Virus record (IMG/VR): IMGVR_UViG_3300015360_000025
Length of the DNA: 64,000 nt
Strand: one strand, 5' to 3'
Source: a virus
Below the pieces are notes generated by a model. That model saw only the letters and a program-made list of their open reading frames with translations. It had not been told where the DNA came from and did no database searches. Position numbers and translations under genes: made by a program. How positions within the stretch are numbered: the first letter of the stretch is position 1; the number at the start of each line of letters is the position of its first letter. Of the stretch, positions 43,335 to 52,543 are shown in pieces.

Positions 43335-44243
43335 ATGTTACCGAGACCAGATAAAATAGAAGACACGATTCTTGTGACTCACATGGGGTGTATGGATGGA
43401 TCGGGGGCGATGATTATGTTCGTCCGGGCTGGTGGTAAAAAGGAAAATGTCCACTTCGTTGCCGCCGGGATGCTTGAAAGGTTCATCAAGAACGATCTCG
43501 ACGGCTTCAAGGGCAAGTTCGTCATCTTCGCAGACATCGGTCTCGCTGGTGACAAGGGATCAAAATACGCAGATATTCTTGAGAAGCGCGGGAACTGTGT
43601 CCTGATTGATCATCATGTTACCTCTACTCACATGAAGGGCAAAGAGTGGTGCGACATTAGAATGGAGTCGTGCGGTACTGAGCTCCTCCGTCAATACTTG
43701 AAGCTTGAAGACGAGAGTTCGAAGGCCATGGCCGCGCTCATCCAGGATCACGACCTCTGGCTCCGGAATGACCCACGGTCGGTCGACCTGGCCGCCTTCA
43801 CCGTGTTCGTTGGGCAGGACATATTCGTCGAGAGGTTCATGGATCGGGACGTGACGAAGGAGTTCTTCACTCCTCTTGAGACGGAGATGATGGCGATCAT
43901 GATCCGGCGACGAGACCAGTTCATCGCCGCAGCAATCAGAAAGGTGATCGTGAAGGATGTCATCTGGGGAGATACGGATGAGAAGCTTGCCAAGGTCGGA
44001 TACATTATCTCTCCAGAGATGAATGTCTCCCTTCTCCTTGACACACTCCTGATCGAGAAACCAGAGCTTGACATCGGATGTCAGATCAACTTCGAGAAGG
44101 GGTCGGTTAGTCTGCGATCTAATCGCGGGTACGATGTGTCCGAGTTCGCTGAATACTACGGCGGTGGTGGTCACAAGGCAGCGTCGGGTCACAAAATCGC
44201 AGATGAGATCATGAAAGGAATATTCGAGGAAATCCATGGCTGA
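43335..44243 (+). CDS. DHH/DHHA1 phosphoesterase (oligoribonuclease-like)
   Basis: TH..C.DG, DIG, IDHH, SLRS, GGGGH..ASG. Confidence 0.88.
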   Translation: MLPRPDKIEDTILVTHMGCMDGSGAMIMFVRAGGKKENVHFVAAGMLERFIKNDLDGFKGKFVIFADIGLAGDKGSKYADILEKRGNCVLIDHHVTSTHMKGKEWCDIRMESCGTELLRQYLKLEDESSKAMAALIQDHDLWLRNDPRSVDLAAFTVFVGQDIFVERFMDRDVTKEFFTPLETEMMAIMIRRRDQFIAAAIRKVIVKDVIWGDTDEKLAKVGYIISPEMNVSLLLDTLLIEKPELDIGCQINFEKGSVSLRSNRGYDVSEFAEYYGGGGHKAASGHKIADEIMKGIFEEIHG

Positions 44244-45198
44244 GCATTGCATTGTTGGTAACAACTTCGATGACATCTATCGAGACCTGCTTCACGATCT
44301 CTCCTGGTCCCCGCAGTACATTTGCAGTCCTAGGGGGCAGAAGATAAATGAGAACCTTGCTGTCACTCTTGTTCTGAATGATCCCAGGGCCCGCCTTCTC
44401 AGTTGTCAGAAGAGGAACACAAACTACGGGTTCGCGGTCGGCGAGTTCCTCTGGTACTGGAACGGGAAGCAGGACCTCGAGACGATGCTGTACTACAACA
44501 AGAGGATGAAGGACTACTCTGACGATGGAAAGACCCTCAACTCAGCTTATGGGTTCAGACTCAAGGGGAGATTTGTTGGAGACGGATGTCCTTACATGAG
44601 CCAATGGGATGTGGCAAAAAAGACACTTCTTAGTGATTCTGATTCACGGAGATGTGTACTTCACATCAATGAACCCGAAGACCAGCATGATGCCGTTTCC
44701 GAAGGATCGAAGGATGTCCCATGTACCCTCTCCCTCCAGTTCTTCATTCGTAACAATCGACTCGACCTTCATGTGCATATGCGATCCAATGACGTGATGT
44801 GGGGACTGACCTACGATCTCTTCAGCTTCACTCTCTTTCAGGAATGCATGATGCTTGAACTTCGGAAGGAAGAGAAGTTCAAAGACTTGCAGCTTGGAAG
44901 GTATTATCACACCGCTGGTTCTCTCCATGTCTACGAACAACACTTTCAGCAGGCGATGGACATTGTCAACGAGTATGCCACCTCCATCGTCTACAAGATG
45001 CCAATGGAACCGTTCGAAAGCCTCGAGGACTTCGATAGATTAGGTGACATTGAACAAGCATTGAGGACTGGACTGAGTACGAAGATCGTCTCGAACAACC
45101 TCATAGCTGGATTGTGTGAATCTGCTGAGTGGATGGGAGACAAACTTCTTGATCATCGTGAAAAACGTGACAAGGAAGCTTTGAAGAAGATTGAGTAA
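44236..45198 (+). CDS. thymidylate synthase homologue, dCMP hydroxymethylase-type
   Basis: PCT catalytic Cys, MRSND, and GLTYD with Asp where ThyA has the dUMP-specifying Asn. YH.AGSLHVY. Confidence 0.85.
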   Translation: MAEHCIVGNNFDDIYRDLLHDLSWSPQYICSPRGQKINENLAVTLVLNDPRARLLSCQKRNTNYGFAVGEFLWYWNGKQDLETMLYYNKRMKDYSDDGKTLNSAYGFRLKGRFVGDGCPYMSQWDVAKKTLLSDSDSRRCVLHINEPEDQHDAVSEGSKDVPCTLSLQFFIRNNRLDLHVHMRSNDVMWGLTYDLFSFTLFQECMMLELRKEEKFKDLQLGRYYHTAGSLHVYEQHFQQAMDIVNEYATSIVYKMPMEPFESLEDFDRLGDIEQALRTGLSTKIVSNNLIAGLCESAEWMGDKLLDHREKRDKEALKKIE

Positions 45199-45205
45199 TT
45201 AGCCC

Positions 45206-45421
45206 ATGGGTAAGAGACGGGTCTGTTACGTCGTTCACTGGTCTGACGCGACGGGATGTCCAGAGAGTAGAATATACCCAAAGCTTGGGATTGGGCTAGT
45301 CAAGTTTATCTCAGATATCGGGAAGCAGCAGACTGGCGAACCGGTCGTTGAGCGGATCGTCCTATCCGATCTGACCAAAGAAGAAAAACGAAAGCTAAAG
45401 GAGATACAAGATGGCCAATGA
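45206..45421 (+). CDS. hypothetical protein
   Basis: 71-aa ORF, operonic. Confidence 0.5.
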   Translation: MGKRRVCYVVHWSDATGCPESRIYPKLGIGLVKFISDIGKQQTGEPVVERIVLSDLTKEEKRKLKEIQDGQ

Positions 45422-45794
45422 ATTTCTTGAAACTGAGTTCCGCTGTCGGTGTCTAAAAGTCGTCGATGGAGACACGGTCGACCTTTGCGTCGACATTGGT
45501 TTCCACGTCTCTTTCACCGGTCGCTTCCGTGTTCTCGGGATTGACACGGCTGAGATGAATTCCAAGGATGTCACAGAAAGGGCCGTGGCACTACTGGCCA
45601 AGGACAAGGTAACAGAGTTACTCAAACCATCTCCGACGACCACTGGCTGGCCTCTGATGGTGCGGACAAAGAAGGACCCCGACAGCTTTGGTAGGTGGTT
45701 GGCTGACATCAGTTACTTTCTTCTAGACGGAACGAAGTTGGGCCTCGGCCCGATGCTGATCCTCGAAAGACTGGCGAAACCTTACAAGGGGTGA
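45411..45794 (+). CDS. thermonuclease (SNase-like)
   Basis: KVVDGDT.D, R.R..GIDT.E, D.FGR.LA. Confidence 0.88.
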   Translation: MANEFLETEFRCRCLKVVDGDTVDLCVDIGFHVSFTGRFRVLGIDTAEMNSKDVTERAVALLAKDKVTELLKPSPTTTGWPLMVRTKKDPDSFGRWLADISYFLLDGTKLGLGPMLILERLAKPYKG

Positions 45795-45797
45795 CCG

Positions 45798-46169
45798 ATG
45801 GCCGACCAAGACATGTTCGAAGACATCTTCGAACGACAGACACGTTTCATGGAAGAACTGCGAACCAGCGACAAGCTTCCAGAGTACCCGGTCGACCTGA
45901 CGACCAAACCGGGACAACGTCTCATCAAGGAGACGATCTTCAACATGATCGAGGAGCTGGCGGAAGCCAGCTTCACCCTGAAGAACAGGATCCACCGTGT
46001 AACCGACGTCCGCGTGCTTGACATCCAGCACTACAAAGAGGAGCTAGGCGACGCCATGGCCTACCTCATTGAGGTGTGCATCCTCTCAGGGTTCACACCA
46101 CAAGAGATCTACGAGGAGTACAAACGCAAGAACGCAGTCGTCTCTGAACGGCTGAAGAACGGGTACTGA
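45798..46169 (+). CDS. MazG-like all-alpha NTP pyrophosphohydrolase (dCTPase/dUTPase candidate)
   Basis: EEL.E......KN, YKEELGDA..Y, Y..KN..V..R...GY. Confidence 0.8.
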   Translation: MADQDMFEDIFERQTRFMEELRTSDKLPEYPVDLTTKPGQRLIKETIFNMIEELAEASFTLKNRIHRVTDVRVLDIQHYKEELGDAMAYLIEVCILSGFTPQEIYEEYKRKNAVVSERLKNGY

Positions 46170-46170
46170 G

Positions 46171-46464
46171 ATGGACTTCGAACCAAACGTCGGACGAATC
46201 GTTGTAGAGGTAGACAACGCCGATACTAAGACCGATGGTGGTCTCTACATTCCGGGCAGTGTCGAACGGAACGGTGTGGTGAGGGGCACGATCAGGGCGG
46301 TCGGTCCGACCAGACTCGTCGACGGGGCCCCTACTGCTCTTCTTCTTTTCGTCGGGGATCGGGTGATGCTCGACCCGATTGGTGCGCCGAAGTTGAAGAT
46401 CGAGGGGAAGGAGATGGTCCTCCTCCGTGCAGAGGACGTGGTAGGCCGTCTTCCTAGGGTATGA
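46171..46464 (+). CDS. groES: co-chaperonin GroES
   Basis: P..GRIVV, T.GGLYIP, G...AVGP, VGDRV, ..G.E..LLR.EDV.G. Confidence 0.9.
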   Translation: MDFEPNVGRIVVEVDNADTKTDGGLYIPGSVERNGVVRGTIRAVGPTRLVDGAPTALLLFVGDRVMLDPIGAPKLKIEGKEMVLLRAEDVVGRLPRV

Positions 46465-46931
46465 TCAACGATCAGGAGGCGTACAAAGAGAGTGTGGCTC
46501 AGACCATGATGGTTACCAATCATCTGTTCTACCACGCTATCCCGTTTGATGCCAAAGAGCTTTCTCCAAAAGAGCAGCTCACCCATGGCGATGTGCGTCT
46601 CACTGGTCTTCCCAAAGAGATGAGTCTAGAATTGAAGAGCGACGCCTCCTCCCCCGGGAGTGTTTGCATCTCCGTTGATCAGCTTGCCTCATTCGATAAG
46701 CGGGGGAAATACGTTTGCTCTCAGCGAGCTCCAGACGGAAAGTACTCCCATAGACTGACATGGGTTTTTGATACTGAGTTCGTGCATGGATACCTCAAGT
46801 CAGTCCCTCAAGCAAATCCGATTGAACGCGCAGTGTATTCAGGAATAAGTAGCTTCTACAGGATCTTCATTTTCAAGAATCAACTCCACAACGCTGAGAC
46901 ATTAGAATCATTCGCGAGGCTGGTCAGATGA
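46461..46931 (+). CDS. hypothetical protein
   Basis: 156 aa, overlapping start and stop with both neighbours. Confidence 0.55.
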   Translation: MINDQEAYKESVAQTMMVTNHLFYHAIPFDAKELSPKEQLTHGDVRLTGLPKEMSLELKSDASSPGSVCISVDQLASFDKRGKYVCSQRAPDGKYSHRLTWVFDTEFVHGYLKSVPQANPIERAVYSGISSFYRIFIFKNQLHNAETLESFARLVR

Positions 46932-47317
46932 CAACTCCAAGGCTCACCAAGGTGTTCAAATCTGTTTTCCATGGTCAGGTGTACGAACTGAATGGCAAGG
47001 GATATGATGTGCCTGAGCTGACCTACTGGTGCGTCGAGAACCTGGATTTACGGAACATTCCTCTCGTCGATCTCACCATGTCCAAGTCGGATGAGAAGCA
47101 CGCGTCAAAAGAGTTCAAGAAGCACGCCAGAAAGGTCGATCACAAGGGTTACCCGATCGTGGTCGTGGCCAGGAGCGACGGCAAGTTACAGATCGCGGAC
47201 GGAAACCACCGCGCCTTCAAAGCCGCCTCCGCTGGGGAGAAGACGATCGAGGGGTACATCATCCCCGAAGATCAACTTCCAGACTCGGCCCTGGCTGGCG
47301 AAGAGGAAGAGGAGTGA
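46928..47317 (+). CDS. ParB/Sulfiredoxin-like domain protein
   Basis: YPIVV......LQIADGNHRAFKA. Confidence 0.75.
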   Translation: MTTPRLTKVFKSVFHGQVYELNGKGYDVPELTYWCVENLDLRNIPLVDLTMSKSDEKHASKEFKKHARKVDHKGYPIVVVARSDGKLQIADGNHRAFKAASAGEKTIEGYIIPEDQLPDSALAGEEEEE

Positions 47318-47451
47318 AGACGGTATCGTTCGTAAAGCAGTGTCCACGGGATGTCTGTCTGATTCAAAATCGTGCACTCCCTCCTGAAAAAAGACTCGAG
47401 GAATACTACGTCCGGAAAAGCAATGTCCTCTCCAGACTTCTCACTTCGTAG
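47314..47451 (+). CDS. small hypothetical protein (45 aa)
   Basis: GTG overlapping the previous TGA, purine-rich RBS, fills the gap. Absent from the ORF track because of its size. Confidence 0.4.
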   Translation: MKTVSFVKQCPRDVCLIQNRALPPEKRLEEYYVRKSNVLSRLLTS

Positions 47452-47458
47452 TAATCTG

Positions 47459-47467
47459 TGTTACAAT
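47459..47467 (+). promoter_or_regulatory. extended -10 promoter upstream of dnaE
   Basis: TG-T-TACAAT, 14 nt before the RBS/ATG region. Confidence 0.55.
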
Positions 47468-47481
47468 AACCAAGAGGACTC

Positions 47482-50388
47482 ATGATCAAGGACTTCGCCA
47501 GCTTTCACAACCACAGTCACTTCTCCGTAATGGATGGTATCAGCCTTCCTGAGGAGATGATCAAGACTGCTAAGGCGAAGGGGTTAAAGTCCATTGCGAT
47601 TACAGACCACGGGCACTGTCACGGTCATGCCGACTTCTTCCTGTTCGGGAAGAAGCACGGCGTCCGTACTGTGTTCGGAGTCGAGGCTTACGTTATCCAC
47701 GACTTGAAGGAGTGGCAGGACCTCAAGGACTCAGCCGGCTTCGAGGACACACAGGAACGGGACTCCAACACTGCCGGTGATGACGAGGGGAAGAAACTCT
47801 CGAAGCAACTCTACCGTAAGGGACACCTAGTCCTCCTGGCGTGCAACAGGGAGGGTTTGGCGAACCTGTACCAGCTGACTTACAAGGCCCACAAGGATGG
47901 GTTTTACGCCAAACCCAGGATGGACAAGAAGATGCTGGCCCAACATTCTAAGGGCGTCATCGCGACGTCTGCATGCATGGGCGGTGTCATCGCCAACAAG
48001 TGCTGGGACCTGAAGAACGGACGAGGAGACTTCCAAGACATAGTCAACGAGGCGAAGGAGTTCGACGAGATCTTTGGCCGAGGACGTTTCTTCCTGGAAC
48101 TCCAGTTCAACGAACACGACGGACAAAGGTTCATCAACGAATTGCTTGTACGAGTTCACAAAGAGACAGGGATCCCGCTGACCGTAACTACCGACTCTCA
48201 CTACACTCAGCCAGAAGAGTGGAAGGCTCAAGAGCTCCTCTACATGCTCCGGTCCAATAAGACCGTGACGACGCGTGGGGACAAGTGGGACTTCCAGGTC
48301 AAGCAGCTCTACATCAAATCTCCCGAAGAGATGTGGCAGACGTTTGAGAAGTTCGGCGGGATGCTTGAACCGAAGATCGCGCTTGAAGCATTCCAGAACA
48401 CGATGCTCATCGACAGTCTGGTCGACGACTACGAGCCAGACACACACAAGCGACTACCTTCCCTTCCGTACGAAGACCCGTTCATGGAGATGATGGCTCG
48501 GGCCGTGAAGGGGCTCAAGGCCCACGGTCTGGCGCAGAAGGACGAGTACAAGACCCGTCTCCTTCACGAGATGAAGATTATCAAGGAGAAGGGGTTCGCC
48601 AACTACTTCCTCATCACCCAGCAGATCATCGAAGAGGCGCGCAAGACCATGATGGTCGGAGAGGGCCGTGGTTCGTCCGCGGCGTCACTCGTCTGCTACT
48701 GCTTGGGGATAACCGACCTTGATCCCATCGAACACGACCTGCTATTCGAGCGCTTCATGGACCCATCCAGAACTGAGGAGCCCGACATCGACATTGATTT
48801 TGAGGACGTTGAAGCGACTAAGGACATGCTTCGCCGAATGTTCGGCGAACAGAATGTAGCGTGTCTTTCCTCGTATGGTACCTTTCAGATCAAGGGTCTT
48901 CTGAAAGATGTTGGCCGGGTTTATGACCTGCCTGTTAAGGTCGTCAACGACGCCAACAAGAAGATCGAGAAAGAACTAAAGGTCCTCTACCTAAACCAGG
49001 ACAAGAGCACCCTCGTCATCAAGTTGGAAGACGTGCAAAGAGTCAGTCAGACATTCCGAGAGCTGGTTGAGAAGTATCCGCTGGTAGGTGAGCACCTGAC
49101 CAAACTTTACGGACGCAACCGACATTGCAGTCGACACGCCGCAGGTGTCATCATCGGCGATAACCTCCCGGCCGAGACTGCATTGTGGGTCCAAAAAGAC
49201 AAAGATACGGGGAAGCAGATCGTCCAGGCGTCCTTCACTGAAGGCATCGTCAACAAGAATGTCTCGGCGATGGGCTTCACCAAGTTCGACATCCTCTCCA
49301 TCGCCACACTCAAGGTGATACACTATGCCCTCAAGCTAATCTCCGAGAGGACCGGACGTCCAATAACGGAACTCCGAGAGATGGTCCGTTCGAAGAACAT
49401 GAAGTTGAATGACCCGAAGATCATGGAGCACTGCTTCTGGAACGGGAACTTTGCCGGGGTCTTCCAGTTCACTGAAAAGGGGATTCGACGTGTGGCGAAG
49501 AACGTCCATCCCGATACCTTTGTCGACATCTCAGCCATCTCTTCCATCTACCGTCCAGGTCCATTGGCTGGCGGCTTTGACAAACTCTACGCTCACAACA
49601 AACACCATCCTGAAGATGTGACCTACGAGCATCCGCTGCTTGAGTCAATTCTGAAGAAGACACGTGGTTGTATCGTGTTCCAAGAACAGCTGATGCAGAT
49701 CTGCAACTCTCTGGGCAAGATGTCGTGGAAAGACGTGAATGCCGTACGCAAGGTTCTACTGAAGAAGGACAAGAGCAAGACAGAAGAGTTCCTTAAGTCA
49801 GAGAACGAACGTCTCGCCGGACTGTTCTACAAGGGGTGCGAAGAGAACGGCTACCCTCGATACATTGTGACCGGGACTGAAAAGAAGAAGGACGAGAAGG
49901 GTGAAGAGAAGGAAGTTGAGATCAGAATTCCGAAGGCGGAGAAGCTCTGGAATGACCTGCTTGCGTTCGGTGGCTACGGATTCAACAAAAGTTTGCACTT
50001 TGCTCAACGAATTGCTATTTATAGTAACGGGAACGTAATCTCTAAGGAAATCAAGGACGTACAAAAAGGTGATTTAGCATTTTCTCGTGATGAAAAAAGC
50101 GGCAAAATATTTTTAGAACCAATCGTTGCTCTTCATGACCACGGAGAACTTGAGTTAATAGAATTTACGATGGATGATGGGAGTACTGTGCGATGCACGG
50201 CAAATCACAAGTTCAGGACGACGACCGGAGAGATGTCACGAATCTCAGAGATTATGGCCAGAGACTTGGAGATCGTCTCGTTTGCAGACTTTGCGCCACT
50301 AGTGTCAGATCAGCTTCTCATTGGGAAGCAGGACGTTGTAAACAAGCTCATGTCTGTAAATGTGGAGCAGAGTTCATCGGAACGATAG
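47482..50388 (+). CDS. dnaE: DNA polymerase III alpha, N-terminal part + N-intein
   Basis: PHP HNHSHFS..DG, TDHG, GRGSSAASLV.Y.L.IT..DP, PDIDIDF, KFDIL, GYGFNK followed by intein SLHF... Confidence 0.95.
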   Translation: MIKDFASFHNHSHFSVMDGISLPEEMIKTAKAKGLKSIAITDHGHCHGHADFFLFGKKHGVRTVFGVEAYVIHDLKEWQDLKDSAGFEDTQERDSNTAGDDEGKKLSKQLYRKGHLVLLACNREGLANLYQLTYKAHKDGFYAKPRMDKKMLAQHSKGVIATSACMGGVIANKCWDLKNGRGDFQDIVNEAKEFDEIFGRGRFFLELQFNEHDGQRFINELLVRVHKETGIPLTVTTDSHYTQPEEWKAQELLYMLRSNKTVTTRGDKWDFQVKQLYIKSPEEMWQTFEKFGGMLEPKIALEAFQNTMLIDSLVDDYEPDTHKRLPSLPYEDPFMEMMARAVKGLKAHGLAQKDEYKTRLLHEMKIIKEKGFANYFLITQQIIEEARKTMMVGEGRGSSAASLVCYCLGITDLDPIEHDLLFERFMDPSRTEEPDIDIDFEDVEATKDMLRRMFGEQNVACLSSYGTFQIKGLLKDVGRVYDLPVKVVNDANKKIEKELKVLYLNQDKSTLVIKLEDVQRVSQTFRELVEKYPLVGEHLTKLYGRNRHCSRHAAGVIIGDNLPAETALWVQKDKDTGKQIVQASFTEGIVNKNVSAMGFTKFDILSIATLKVIHYALKLISERTGRPITELREMVRSKNMKLNDPKIMEHCFWNGNFAGVFQFTEKGIRRVAKNVHPDTFVDISAISSIYRPGPLAGGFDKLYAHNKHHPEDVTYEHPLLESILKKTRGCIVFQEQLMQICNSLGKMSWKDVNAVRKVLLKKDKSKTEEFLKSENERLAGLFYKGCEENGYPRYIVTGTEKKKDEKGEEKEVEIRIPKAEKLWNDLLAFGGYGFNKSLHFAQRIAIYSNGNVISKEIKDVQKGDLAFSRDEKSGKIFLEPIVALHDHGELELIEFTMDDGSTVRCTANHKFRTTTGEMSRISEIMARDLEIVSFADFAPLVSDQLLIGKQDVVNKLMSVNVEQSSSER
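49990..50388 (+). mobile_element. split intein, N-half (132 aa)
   Basis: Starts SLHFAQRI after GFNK. Block B DGSTVRCTANHKFRT. Ends at stop TAG 50386. Confidence 0.85.
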
Positions 50389-51176
50389 GTATTAATTCTG
50401 ATTTTAAGTCTCATAAGAAGACGTGCGAAATTTACAGTTCTTGGCGAAATGAAACAAACATTAAAAACGGACGGCGCGGTTACGCTTCCATAGTCGAGCG
50501 CGGTGAAGTTGAGGTGTGGAAAGAAAAGATTGGGAAGGCTGTCAGTAAAACTATTGTCTCAAATCCACAAGAGATAATGAGGCGTCAGGAATTGAGTAAG
50601 ACGACAATAACGGCTTGGGCAGTATCAAAAGAGGGACGAAGAAAATCGTCAGAGACTGCGATTAAGACATCTGCTAGACCCGAAATACAGAAAGTTAGAG
50701 CTACTGTCTTGAAAAGATGGAGAGACGAGAACCCCGAGGAATTCTACCAGAAATCAATCGTTGCTATGCACACAGTATTCGTCTCCAAGCCACAGGTAAG
50801 ACTCTCAGAAGAATGTAAAAAAATTGACGATGGTTTCAAACATAACCAGCAGATTAAAAATCTTGAATTCACAAATAAAACGCACAGACGTCAATTAGAT
50901 GTTTTACATGCCGAAAAGAAAATTGTCGTAGAATTTGACGGACCCGTTCACTTCAAGAAATTTAGAAAGAATCAAGATCTAGAGAAAACAAAGAGGCACG
51001 ATGAAGAGATGAACGAGGTACTTTCGCGTATTGGTTATGCCGTTGTTCGTATTTCCTACGAAGATTATGATCATCGACGTGGTGGATCTTTTTCAGCCCG
51101 CGCATTGAATGTGATAAGATCTCTAGTGGAGAAACAAAACCCAGGCATATACAAGATTGGGGGTGCATATTCCTAA
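50193..51176 (+). CDS. Vsr/DUF559-like homing endonuclease between intein halves
   Basis: Cys/His-rich N-terminus and C-terminal QLDV......IVVEFDG..HF, RI...D. AT-rich, in the -1 frame relative to dnaE. Confidence 0.8.
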   Translation: MHGKSQVQDDDRRDVTNLRDYGQRLGDRLVCRLCATSVRSASHWEAGRCKQAHVCKCGAEFIGTIGINSDFKSHKKTCEIYSSWRNETNIKNGRRGYASIVERGEVEVWKEKIGKAVSKTIVSNPQEIMRRQELSKTTITAWAVSKEGRRKSSETAIKTSARPEIQKVRATVLKRWRDENPEEFYQKSIVAMHTVFVSKPQVRLSEECKKIDDGFKHNQQIKNLEFTNKTHRRQLDVLHAEKKIVVEFDGPVHFKKFRKNQDLEKTKRHDEEMNEVLSRIGYAVVRISYEDYDHRRGGSFSARALNVIRSLVEKQNPGIYKIGGAYS

Positions 51177-52278
51177 GATAATTTCAGCTAAAAACATAGG
51201 CAAGCATCAGACATTCGATATCGAGCTCGCTCACGAAGACCATCAGTTTTTTCTGGAAAACGGTTTGTTGACATCAAACTCACACTCTGACGCATACTCA
51301 GTTATGACCATGCAGTGTGCGTTCCTGGCCACCTATTATCCTCGGGAGTTTTACGCCGCCCTACTTACCAAGGGGCAGTCCGGGGACCTTCAACAGTACG
51401 TTAGCGATATCCAACGCACGGGCATCAAAATCCTTCCGGTCAGCATCAATTCCAGCCAGGGTACACACGTGATCGACGGGAACACCATCCGGCTCGCATT
51501 GAACTCCGTACCAGGAGTTGGACAGTCGGCCGTCGAAAAGATCATGGCACACCAGCCGTATAGTGATTTCCACGACTATATCCGAAGATCTGGTGTTGGA
51601 AAGACGGCCACGGCCCCTCTCATCCTTGCTGGCGCGTTCGACTGCGTCTATCCAAACATGAAGGACCTCGACATAAACTACGCGTACTACAACGAGTTTC
51701 CAGATTACAAGAGGAAGACGCGAGCCAAAAATAAGCCAGACGCCAAGTGTTGGGACGATTGGATCAAATTCTTCGATGAGGAGAACATGAGCGAAGACTA
51801 CACTCTAGCTGAGAAGGTCGGACACGAGAACGAACTTTTCGACTTTTCTCTCCGTGGTTCCCCATTTGAGATCCTCGATAGGATGGACAAGATCGAGAAG
51901 TATCTCGCCGAGAAGGCTGGTGAGCTTACCGTTATTCACTACGATCTCGACTACGTCCAGGCGATCAAGAGCAAAGTCGAAGTGATTTGTATTCCAGTGA
52001 CAATCAGAAGAATCTTCGAGAAGCCACAGCGTAACGGTCAGATGTTCTCGTTCCTTACGTTCTCAACGTTTGACGAAGTGGAATTCGATGCCCCCTGCTT
52101 CTCTACAATATGGAAATGGATCAAGCCAATCACCAAGAAGGGGACGGTGTACATGGCTGTCTTTAACAGAAAGCTTGGAGAAGAAGCGGAGAACCTGGTA
52201 GTCGGAAGACCGGGCTTCAGTCACTCTGGTGCATCATCCTTAAAGTACATGTTCGACGTGGATCAGATCAAACTTTGA
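51157..52278 (+). CDS. dnaE: C-intein (41 aa) + DNA polymerase III alpha C-terminal part
   Basis: KIIS...IG...TFDIE.....HQF.L.NG.LTSN|SHSDAY...A.L..YYP.EFY.ALL. HhH motif ..PGVG..A. Start TTG 51157 or GTG 51163. Confidence 0.9.
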   Translation: MGVHIPKIISAKNIGKHQTFDIELAHEDHQFFLENGLLTSNSHSDAYSVMTMQCAFLATYYPREFYAALLTKGQSGDLQQYVSDIQRTGIKILPVSINSSQGTHVIDGNTIRLALNSVPGVGQSAVEKIMAHQPYSDFHDYIRRSGVGKTATAPLILAGAFDCVYPNMKDLDINYAYYNEFPDYKRKTRAKNKPDAKCWDDWIKFFDEENMSEDYTLAEKVGHENELFDFSLRGSPFEILDRMDKIEKYLAEKAGELTVIHYDLDYVQAIKSKVEVICIPVTIRRIFEKPQRNGQMFSFLTFSTFDEVEFDAPCFSTIWKWIKPITKKGTVYMAVFNRKLGEEAENLVVGRPGFSHSGASSLKYMFDVDQIKL

Positions 52279-52535
52279 CAGGAGAGAACTCGATGATCAA
52301 GATCCATTGGTGGGAAGATGCGCAGGGTCGTTATACTTGTCACAAGAACGATCGTGGACTCTCATTCAAAGAGAGCTTTCTCGGCGAACTAAAACGCGGT
52401 AGTGGTGCACCCGAAACATGGTATTTCATCATCGCCAATACTGATGACGTTGTCGGTCCATTCAAACACATGGGAGCAGCGAGGCGAGCTCTCGAGGCCG
52501 CTGTGGGTGGTGAACCCATAACTACTTGGGACTGA
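52275..52535 (+). CDS. hypothetical protein
   Basis: 86 aa, overlapping neighbours. Confidence 0.5.
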   Translation: MTGENSMIKIHWWEDAQGRYTCHKNDRGLSFKESFLGELKRGSGAPETWYFIIANTDDVVGPFKHMGAARRALEAAVGGEPITTWD

Positions 52536-52543
52536 GAGGAAAC

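Noticed and set aside
44236-45198. Annotation as ordinary ThyA
   Set aside because: Asp replaces the dUMP-specifying Asn, Thr replaces the His after the catalytic Cys, and a separate ThyX is present
50386-51156. Stop-codon readthrough/alternative genetic code or a group I intron joining the dnaE halves
   Set aside because: The dnaE frame contains TAG (50386, 50491), TAA (50575) and TGA. All three stops end genes elsewhere. Intein motifs on both sides explain the split at the protein level.
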